Virus record (IMG/VR): IMGVR_UViG_3300035494_000006
Coordinates: 1 to 24,506 of that record
Direction: 5' to 3' (one strand)
Source of the DNA: a virus
Lineage: Duplodnaviria > Caudoviricetes
DNA length: 24,506 nucleotides
Shown in pieces: positions 1 to 6,944 of the stretch. Every line of letters starts with the position of its first letter. The first letter of the stretch is position 1. The notes beneath the pieces were generated by a model, which was not told the DNA's origin, ran no database searches, and saw only the letters and a program-made list of their open reading frames with translations. A program made the translations under genes and the position numbers.

Positions 1-123
1 GAGGTGTGATCTTGAGGTGTGATCTTGAGGTGTGATCTTGAGGTGTGATCTTGAGGTGTGATCTTGAGGTGTGATCTTGAGGTGTGATCTTGAGGTGTGA
101 TCTTGAGGTGTGATCTTGAGGTG
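1..123. repeat. Tandem 13-bp repeat (GAGGTGTGATCTT)x9 plus a partial copy; probable terminal short-repeat array, truncated by the window edge
   Basis: Nine exact copies at 1-117, then GAGGTG. The minus strand of each junction reads CCTCAAG, one base from the CCTAAAG heptamer of the T7 SRL/SRR arrays. Confidence 0.95.
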
Positions 124-172
124 ATACTAGATGTTGTGTGTGTTGATGTTGAGGGGATACTAGATGTTGTGT
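124..172. promoter_or_regulatory. Tandem NrdR-box-like operator pair
   Basis: Identical 16-mer ATACTAGATGTTGTGT at 124-139 and 157-172 (33 bp start to start). It matches the NrdR consensus acaCwAtATaTwGtgt at 13/16, with all strongly conserved positions intact. Confidence 0.65.
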
Positions 173-194
173 CTTGAGGTGTTGCTATAGGTGA

Positions 195-262
195 AACAAT
201 AAGACACCTAATAACAAATAAAGCAACAATAAGAGAACAATTAGAACAATTGATGCAACAAT
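195..262. repeat. AT-rich tract with five AACAAT motifs
   Basis: AACAAT at 195, 225, 236, 245 and 257; the first two extend to AACAATAAGA. Confidence 0.8.
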
Positions 263-279
263 GCGTAAAAGAATGTTAC

Positions 280-288
280 ATTATAACA
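280..288 (-). promoter_or_regulatory. Sigma70 extended -10 promoter (candidate early host-RNAP promoter)
   Basis: Minus strand reads TG-T-TATAAT, a perfect extended -10, preceded by a T tract. It points in the same direction as all genes. No good -35 hexamer. Confidence 0.6.
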
Positions 289-345
289 AAAAAAGAGACA
301 GTATTACCCTGGCATTGGATCATTTATCTTGCGCTATCCCTTGCA

Positions 346-358
346 GATCAAGCACTTA
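346..358 (+). promoter_or_regulatory. IHF-like binding site
   Basis: GATCAAGCACTTA versus consensus WATCAANNNNTTR, one mismatch at the first position; lies in the presumed terminal/packaging region. Confidence 0.3.
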
Positions 359-498
359 GGCGCGACTTGTGGTGCATCTTGAGGCGTTGGGCACCCAGTG
401 GCCCTGCAGATTCAGCGAAGAGAGACACCCGGAGGGGGGGAACTGGCTGTAGCCTTGGCGTTATATACCCACTCAGATTTTTCTCAAAATTTATCCCG

Positions 499-546
499 GT
501 AGTCTCACCTACGGTCTCACTCGCAGTCTCCCCTGCAGTGTACCCT
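499..546. repeat. Four degenerate 12-bp tandem repeats (candidate right-end short-repeat array)
   Basis: GTAGTCTCACCT / ACGGTCTCACTC / GCAGTCTCCCCT / GCAGTGTACCCT in exact 12-bp register. Confidence 0.6.
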
Positions 547-635
547 ATGATATTGAATACGTATGGATGATATGTACTTGAAGTGTACCTTGGGGTGTAT
601 CTTGATACAGGCTTGAGGTTGGGTCTTGAGGATGG

Positions 636-1012
636 ATCTGACAGAAGGCTTAGAGTCTCATCTGACAGAAAGCCTATGTATCTGTGTCTGATATGGAATG
701 ATGATGAAGGAAGGAATCTATAGGTGTAACTTACAGAAAGCTCAGAGACACAACTAACAGAAAGCTATGTATCTCACATAGATCAGTCTGAGTTGTGTTC
801 CCTGCCACCTGCTAACACCTTGTCAGAGAGACAAGTAGCTGTGACTCGATGGGGGGCCACCACCTCCCCCACCATCACTGTCAGGTTCCTTACTCAACCG
901 GGGAGTGCCCTTGCGGGTCTCATTGCCAGTCTTTCATGCCTGAAGCTCAAAGTAGCAGTGACAGGGTACGCTCGAAGGTATCTCACATGAGTCAGCCTTG
1001 AGTGTGTTCCCT
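636..1012. repeat. Dispersed imperfect repeats and a hairpin downstream of the right-end promoter
   Basis: ACAGAA(A)G motifs near 641, 665, 733 and 757. A ~35-bp imperfect direct repeat at 769-803 and 978-1012 (GTATCTCACAT...TGTGTTCCCT). AAGTAGCWGTGAC at 833 and 950. GC-rich inverted repeat at 848-876. Confidence 0.6.
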
Positions 1013-1026
1013 AGAGGATACTTCTC

Positions 1027-1047
1027 CTCCAAGACTGTACACTAATC
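1027..1047 (-). promoter_or_regulatory. Candidate phage RNA polymerase promoter (phiOR-like position)
   Basis: GATTAGTGTACAGTCTTGGAG; 20 bp identical to 17889-17908; directly after the terminase stop codon. Confidence 0.8.
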
Positions 1048-2719
1048 AAAGCTGTATCCAGTTATCCGATACTGGTTGATACCCCAAGACAGACTCAGAG
1101 AACTTCTTTAGTTCTGCCTCTAGGAGCTTCTCCTTGTGCTCCTCAGCGGCTTTCTCAGTGTCCCTACCCATTTGCTCCACCCAGTACGCAACGGCCCCAG
1201 AGAGGGCATCTAGGCGGTCATCGTGGACCAATGCACCCTTCTCCTTGGTGATGCGTGTCAATTGGTAGAACAGGCTGTAGTGAGGCTTCTCGGCTGTCTC
1301 ATAGTCCTTCTTGATGAGTGCCTTGTCGATGACCAAGCGGTGTTGGTTCATCACAGGTTCGAGGGTATCAATGATCCTACGTTCCTTCTGGATATGGGAT
1401 CGTACCTCTTCAATGGAGCAAGGCCAGATACGGCGAAGGACAGGTTTGAACAGCTCAGTGAACATGCCATCACCGAAGTTACTCTCCACCAGAGCCTTGT
1501 TGACTTGGTGCTTGGCGGCAATCGTAGCGAGAGTCTTCAAGGTCTTCTCACTGTATCCACCTTCAAGACCACCAACGTCAACCACGTAGAGCCACCCGTG
1601 GAGCATCTTCACGACTGCGTATGAGGTTTCGTCACTACCACGACCAGAGGGGTCAATGAACATGACTGAGCCGGTGTACTCGGCCATGTCGTTTGCCACC
1701 CACATGGGACGGTAGAACTTGTCTCCAGTCATCCCCACACAGGGAACATCGTTGATGACGTACTCAGGGCCAGACGACCAGACCACCTTCACTGGAGCCA
1801 TGCGTGTATCCAGAGGCATGACGATCAGATCCTGCAGCTTCAGGGGGAACTTCTCGGCGTCACTCAGAGAGGTATCCAGCATGAACTGCAGGGCGAAGCC
1901 TGAGCGTCCATACGAAGCCTCACGCTCCAGAAGATCCTCGTTGTTGAATCGCTGGGGATCGGTCACTTCTCTTGGCTGGGCACCACGGGCAATAAGGTCC
2001 ATGATGTAATTCGCCAATCGACCAGAGTACCTTTCGGTGTCTTGAGGGACACGGGCTGGCCATACAGCGATCTGGTAGCCACGCTCAGGGAGTTGGTTGT
2101 AGATGGACATTTCGGTTTGCGGAGTACCGAGGAATGTGATCTGTCCACCCGGCTTGATGATCGCGTCAAACTCCTTGATTCGCTCAGAGAGTTGATCCCT
2201 CATTACCTGTGTCAAGGAGTTATTGAGCGATTCAACGTCATCCGCTATTATCTCATCAGCTCGGCTCCCGGTAAGCTGGCCGGTGATGCCTACAGATTTA
2301 ACTGATGGTGAATGGGAGATCCCCGCCGGTCCAACGTCAAACATGATGTTGGAGTTCCGTTGACCTTCACGGGGCTTGAGGTGGGACAATACCGGCAGCT
2401 CATGGATGAGCCGCTTGGTAAACGTAGAGAACTGATCGGAGCGGTCCTTCGATGCAGAGACAACAAGGAAGTTGAGATGGGGGTTGAGTAGAAGTCGCCA
2501 GCACACATAGGCTGAAGTGATCCACGACTTCCCTACCCCTCGGAAAGCCTCAATGACCTTCCTTCGTGGTCCATGTTGAAGGAAGTGAGCAATGTCATAC
2601 TGAACAGGAGTTGGATCAGGTTTCGCTGCCGTGATCGCTCCTGCCTTCCACAAGAACTCCCACACGATGAACAAGAAGTTCCTGAAGTCTTGCAGTGGGT
2701 GATTGTCAGGTAGTTTCAT
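1046..2719 (-). CDS. terL: Terminase large subunit (T7 gp19-like DNA maturase B), ~557 aa
   Basis: Walker A AFRGVGKS, Walker B IIADDVE, nuclease motifs FIDPSGRGSDE and HDDRLDAL. Start placed at MKLPD (2719) because the longer ORF start at 2782 lies inside a large hairpin. Confidence 0.97.
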   Translation of the reverse strand: MKLPDNHPLQDFRNFLFIVWEFLWKAGAITAAKPDPTPVQYDIAHFLQHGPRRKVIEAFRGVGKSWITSAYVCWRLLLNPHLNFLVVSASKDRSDQFSTFTKRLIHELPVLSHLKPREGQRNSNIMFDVGPAGISHSPSVKSVGITGQLTGSRADEIIADDVESLNNSLTQVMRDQLSERIKEFDAIIKPGGQITFLGTPQTEMSIYNQLPERGYQIAVWPARVPQDTERYSGRLANYIMDLIARGAQPREVTDPQRFNNEDLLEREASYGRSGFALQFMLDTSLSDAEKFPLKLQDLIVMPLDTRMAPVKVVWSSGPEYVINDVPCVGMTGDKFYRPMWVANDMAEYTGSVMFIDPSGRGSDETSYAVVKMLHGWLYVVDVGGLEGGYSEKTLKTLATIAAKHQVNKALVESNFGDGMFTELFKPVLRRIWPCSIEEVRSHIQKERRIIDTLEPVMNQHRLVIDKALIKKDYETAEKPHYSLFYQLTRITKEKGALVHDDRLDALSGAVAYWVEQMGRDTEKAAEEHKEKLLEAELKKFSESVLGYQPVSDNWIQL

Positions 2720-2732
2720 AGGTCTACTCGCC

Positions 2733-2823
2733 ACGCAGAAGCCCCCAGAAACGACTTCCATCCATACCCGGTACGATTGCATAGGTGGATAGTAAAAGAC
2801 GTTCTAGGGGCGTTTCTGTGCGT
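2733..2823 (-). promoter_or_regulatory. Long imperfect stem-loop, RNase III processing site-like
   Basis: Minus-strand pairings ACGCA..AGAA/TTCTGCGT, GCCCCTAG/CTGGGGGC, AACG/CGTT and CTATCCA/TGGATGG; intergenic after terS, the position of T7 R18.5. Confidence 0.6.
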
Positions 2824-2837
2824 TTCAGGAGGGGTTG

Positions 2838-3068
2838 TTAATGGGTGAAATCAGAAGCGTCTGTGAAGGGGAGGCGATCTTTCAGGGAACCCTCAAGGGC
2901 ACCCAGAGCGTTGTTGCTGGTAGGGATTGCCTCGATACCATTGTCCTTCAGGAACTTGATGGCTTGGGCAAAGTCAGACGCGGTTGCTTCACCAGATTCG
3001 ATACGCTCAAGCAGCTTTGTACCCACGACATTGTGGAGCTGATCAAGCAGTTCCTTACTGGCAGTCAT
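2838..3068 (-). CDS. terS: Terminase small subunit (T7 gp18-like DNA maturase A)
   Basis: 76 aa with LLDQLH...LLERI...ATASDFAQAIKFLKDNGI, typical of gp18-like proteins; directly upstream of terL. Confidence 0.9.
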   Translation of the reverse strand: MTASKELLDQLHNVVGTKLLERIESGEATASDFAQAIKFLKDNGIEAIPTSNNALGALEGSLKDRLPFTDASDFTH

Positions 3069-3270
3069 TCTTTCGTTTCCTCTTGAATGGGGATTTGAGA
3101 ACAGACACAGCCTTGGGGACGATCACGACCAACTGGAAGATCACCAGTATTGCAGTGGCGATGAATACCCAGTCTTGGAATGTCACCCCGAGGAAGGTCA
3201 ATCCAGACACACTCACAGGTACTGGGGTAGTTACCTGTGCAGCAGTCTCCATGGTTTGCTTCAGGCTCAC
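3055..3270 (-). CDS. Putative holin (T7 gp17.5 position)
   Basis: 71 aa, hydrophobic segment FLGVTFQDWVFIATAILVIFQLVVIV, basic C-terminus KRKRK, GGGAGG RBS, GTG start overlapping the upstream stop. Confidence 0.75.
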   Translation of the reverse strand: MSLKQTMETAAQVTTPVPVSVSGLTFLGVTFQDWVFIATAILVIFQLVVIVPKAVSVLKSPFKRKRKNDCQ

Positions 3271-3884
3271 TTCGCCCTCCCTGTTGGGAACAGACGCTTG
3301 AAGCGTTCTGTAGTGGTGATGTCAGCGAAGCCCGGATAGAGGACGGCACCGGGGAAGTACCGTTCGATCACCTTCTCATGGAGCGGCCCTTCGGTTGCAC
3401 CTACCCACCACGCAGAGACAGCTTCAGGTTCAACACCTTCAGGCCACTTCTGGAATGAGATGATTACCCACCCGTTGGTAGATGAGCCGAGGCCGATACC
3501 TCCATGTAGTTCGCCACTCTCAGCTTTCCACCCATGGCTCATCCAGTTGGTACTGGTTTTGAGAGCATCCCTACGTGGGGAGCCTGTCTCACCCCCGCCC
3601 ATCTGGAAGGTGTACACCTCGATACCCGGATGGGCATGGTGTGGGATGTTGCTGAAGTTGTAGATGTGGTATAGCTCGATCTGGTACTGGCCTTTCTTCA
3701 GGAGAGTCGCAGCAGAGAAGCCTTCAACGTGGATCACCTCAGAGGAGAAGTCCACACACAAAGGCATCCCAGAATCGACATACCACCGGATGAAGTCTTC
3801 AAGAGACTCCCAAGAGTCAGGTACTGAGATTCCTCCCAGTACCTTGTCGTAGAACGAATTGAGTTCTTCTTCAGTGAGTTCCAT
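3267..3884 (-). CDS. Hypothetical protein with a cupin-like metal-binding motif
   Basis: 205 aa with GAGGTG RBS; IPHHAHPGIEVY...GELHGG resembles cupin motifs 1 and 2. Confidence 0.55.
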   Translation of the reverse strand: MELTEEELNSFYDKVLGGISVPDSWESLEDFIRWYVDSGMPLCVDFSSEVIHVEGFSAATLLKKGQYQIELYHIYNFSNIPHHAHPGIEVYTFQMGGGETGSPRRDALKTSTNWMSHGWKAESGELHGGIGLGSSTNGWVIISFQKWPEGVEPEAVSAWWVGATEGPLHEKVIERYFPGAVLYPGFADITTTERFKRLFPTGRAK

Positions 3885-3892
3885 GATTCACC

Positions 3893-4447
3893 TCACAGTG
3901 CAGATGGAAGGATCAGCGCATCCAACTCTTCAAGAGTGTTACACGCTCTGATCGCATCTACATGCGCCCAAGACTTCTTGTAGATGTCTGTCTCACGCAT
4001 GATGAATAACGCAGCCAGCTCTTTAAGCAGCTCCATTGTTGCCGGGTGGGACACGTTGTAGAAGTCACGCCACTGGGTTCCTTCAGGCACGTACCCGAGA
4101 GCTGTACACGTTGAGAGGGTCTTGTTGACAGACTCGACAGCTTTAGCGTTTGCTTGCCATTTACGCCCGTCCTGTGTGATCACGGTAGCCCCTTCGCCAG
4201 CCAGAGCAACATCACGAAGGTGGTGGATGTAAAGAGCCTTCTCACCTTTCTCACTTGAGACAGTGCGTGAAGTTTCAACAACAGGTATGCTGTTGAGATC
4301 CACCTGATCAACGATGAATTGCTGCTCCGGCTCTACTTCAGCCAGATTAATGGAGGTTGGAATCCATCCGTAAACTACATGGTGGACCTCTACATCGAGC
4401 ATGTTTTTATCTTTTAGATACACAGGGTTTCTGTAATCTTTGAACAT
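3893..4447 (-). CDS. Tail fibre assembly/chaperone-like protein (DUF4376-like C-terminal half)
   Basis: Coupled (TAATG) to the tail fibre stop; N-terminal LDVEVHHVVYGWIP and C-terminal WRDFYN...LKELA...TLEELDA patterns are typical of fibre-associated chaperones. Confidence 0.65.
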   Translation of the reverse strand: MFKDYRNPVYLKDKNMLDVEVHHVVYGWIPTSINLAEVEPEQQFIVDQVDLNSIPVVETSRTVSSEKGEKALYIHHLRDVALAGEGATVITQDGRKWQANAKAVESVNKTLSTCTALGYVPEGTQWRDFYNVSHPATMELLKELAALFIMRETDIYKKSWAHVDAIRACNTLEELDALILPSAL

Positions 4448-5861
4448 TATGAAATCCTTAAGAATAAAGAAGCTCCGTAGTCATAGACAGTTCCCCCATA
4501 CGCCCCGCTACGCGCCTTAGTTGTTGTGTTCCCCATACATCTCCACGTACCTGACGGCGAGGTAGTGGTATTAAAACTTTCATAGGAGTTTTCTCCGGCA
4601 TACTTCAGGGCACTTCCTGCTACGGTCGCGCCCGGAGAGGTATTAGTAGTGTTTACCCTGCGAAGGTAAGCGTAAGTACCAACAGCTCCCACTGACGCTG
4701 ACTTTGTAGCGTTCAACACCTGAGAGGTTGTGGGGGCGGCTGCAGGAGGGGGGTTAGATGGACTATAGAAGTAGGAGGCGTGGTTCCCGTCCAGACGGTC
4801 AGCGTCTAAACCGCTCCCAGCTCCATCAACAGACAGCATCTTCGCCAACACATCAGAAGCGGTGTAAGCAGAAGAGTCCAACTTAGCCCCAATCTGGTTA
4901 CTCAGTACGGCCAAGTCACTCAGGCTCACCGCAGTGAACCAAGAAGTCCACCCAGCGTTGTTGTATCCGCCGATACGCCACATGAATTGACCATTGGTGG
5001 TGTAGCTTTGGCTGTACGGGATTAGGATCTGCATGGCACCGCCATCCTGACCAGAGGTGTAGGACGGGATGTTGACCAACTTTCCGTAGTCGATAGGCCA
5101 TCCGTAAGTGCTTTCAACGAAGGTCACACACATGCCAGCCGTGAAGAACTCTCTCGGTGCCCTTGCAGCATTGTCGAAGGGAGCAGCGTTACGAGGCCAC
5201 TCAACCAGATGAGTGTGGTCGTGGCTCTCCGATGACACAGGGAAGGTTGACGGTTTGCCTGTAACCTCATCCCAAGACGGCCAGCGAGTAGCGGTCTCCG
5301 GTTTGCTAGAGACCTCGTTGAAGGTAGGCCAGCGGGTAGCGGTCTGGGGTTTGTTCGGGATCACATCCCAGTCAGACGGTCCCGGCGGACCTTCTGGACC
5401 CTGCGGACCTTCTGGACCCTGTGGACCTTCTGGACCCTGTGGACCCTGTGGGCCTATCGGTCCCTCTTTACCTACCGGACCTTCTGGACCTGCAAGGTCA
5501 TTCCAGTTACCCCAAGTTCCGTCAGGGTTCTTGAAGCGTAGAGCTGATACAGGAGCTGCAACCCCGTCACCCCATTGGTATTCAGGAGATGGGCCTTGGA
5601 TACCCTGTGGACCCTGTGGCCCCTGCGGACCCTGCGGACCTTCTGGACCTACCCCCCATCCACACCGTCAGCGCCTTTACGGGCGATGATCTGCCAGAAC
5701 TCAGGGTTGAGATCAGAGGGTTCAATACCGACTGGTACATCTACCCGCGCCACCCAACTCTCTCCGTTGTGGGCGACTGCATCAAGAGCTGTGTATGAGG
5801 CGAGGGAATCCCAATTACCCTTCCAGCCGATACGTACTCGGCCAATCGTTACTTCAGCCAT
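4447..5861 (-). CDS. Collagen-containing distal tail fibre (receptor-binding protein), interrupted by a one-base frameshift at the G6 run 5652-5657; ~471 aa if restored
   Basis: ORF 5649-5861 ends GAT GGG GGG TAG. The -1 frame continues V-GPE-GPQ... without stops into ORF 4447-5364. Contains TATRWP repeats, [19 protein letters not shown] and SGTWRCMG fibre motifs. Confidence 0.88.
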
Positions 5862-5864
5862 TTA

Positions 5865-6878
5865 TTAAACCTCTACAGTTGAAGCATGAAGAACACCGTT
5901 TTCGTCAATACGGAAGACGTTATCGAGGGTTTGTCCTACGTATTCACAAACGAGCATTCCTTCTGAATTAATGAACATGCGACCGAAAGCCAGACCTAAA
6001 GGCGTGGCTCCCATGTTTCCTTGCGGACCCTGTGGACCCTCCGGTCCTGCTGGACCTCGTGGACCTACTGGACCTTCTGGACCTTGCGGACCTTGCGGAC
6101 CTTCTGGCCCCCTCGGGCCTTCCGGGCCTTGGATACCTTGAAGACCTTGATCACCTTTCGGCCCTTCTGGACCCCTCTCACCTTGCTGTCCTCGTGGGCC
6201 TTCTGGACCTCGCGGTCCTTCTGGACCTTGTGGTCCTTGAAGACCTTGCGGACCCACTGGACCCACTGGACCTTGTGGCCCTTCCGAGAGGTAGAACGTG
6301 AGGGTGCCTGTGGTGGCATCGAAGACAGCGGAACCAGTGGAACCATAAGGAAGGCGAACCACGTTGGTTCTGAGATTGAATAACTCATCCCTGATAGCTT
6401 CCGCCTCTTCAGCGGCTGCTTTAGATTGAGCAACGAATGAGCTTCCAGAAGTCTCAGCCCACTCTTTTGTTACAAGGTCTGACGGTCCTGAAGGAGGAGC
6501 AAAGTTAAAGGCTCTGAAGCCCTTACCGTCCCAACTACCTGAAACAAATTCGATAGAGTTGTCCGCTCGGTCCATCCCTTCTTGAATCAGGTAGAAGACT
6601 TGTAGCGCCGAGAGGTCGAGCTGTTTCTCTGTCAAGGTGCTGCCGTCTTGAAAATCCACGATCCTGTTTAACCGTGGGGTCTCCCTCTCAATACGCACGA
6701 TTGAGCCTAGAGGTGGGATTAAGTCCAGCTCTATCGTGTTTGAGTTGAGGAGGGTGTAAGACACCTCTTGACCATTTACAGTCACCCGGATGTGTTCTTT
6801 TGAAATGTACGGGAAGGTGAACTGATAGATGGCTTCTGCAGGTGTCTCTTGGGTGTACTCCACGAAGGAGAAAGCCAT
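5865..6878 (-). CDS. Tail fibre proximal/adaptor protein with T7 gp17-like N-terminal anchor and collagen domain
   Basis: N-terminal FTFPYI...RIERETP...[15 protein letters not shown] is gp17-anchor-like; 31 consecutive Gly-X-Y triplets; AGGAGG RBS. Confidence 0.92.
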   Translation of the reverse strand: MAFSFVEYTQETPAEAIYQFTFPYISKEHIRVTVNGQEVSYTLLNSNTIELDLIPPLGSIVRIERETPRLNRIVDFQDGSTLTEKQLDLSALQVFYLIQEGMDRADNSIEFVSGSWDGKGFRAFNFAPPSGPSDLVTKEWAETSGSSFVAQSKAAAEEAEAIRDELFNLRTNVVRLPYGSTGSAVFDATTGTLTFYLSEGPQGPVGPVGPQGLQGPQGPEGPRGPEGPRGQQGERGPEGPKGDQGLQGIQGPEGPRGPEGPQGPQGPEGPVGPRGPAGPEGPQGPQGNMGATPLGLAFGRMFINSEGMLVCEYVGQTLDNVFRIDENGVLHASTVEV

Positions 6879-6895
6879 AGAGACCTCCTAGAGTA

Positions 6896-6925
6896 GAAAA
6901 GGAAAGGGCGACCCGAAGACCGCCC
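6896..6925 (-). terminator. Intrinsic terminator after the gp16-like gene
   Basis: GGGCGGTC-TTCG-GGTCGCCC followed by TTTCCTTTT. Confidence 0.8.
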
Positions 6926-6944
6926 ATTTGGTGTTGCGAAAGAT

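Noticed and set aside
1-123. CRISPR array or CRP-site array
   Set aside because: No spacers between repeats; TGTGATCT matches only one CRP half-site and the TCACA half is absent.
250-990. Plus-strand ORFs 250-570 and 793-990
   Set aside because: TTG starts without RBS, running through repeat arrays in the terminal region, opposite to all genes.
3065-3349. 94-aa Cys-rich overlapping ORF as an Rz1-like spanin
   Set aside because: No signal peptide or lipobox and no RBS; overlaps two better-supported genes.
5213-6433. Plus-strand and alternate-frame ORFs with GPCGPS, WT or LLD repeats
   Set aside because: These are antisense or out-of-frame readings of the collagen GGN-CCN-NNN repeats.
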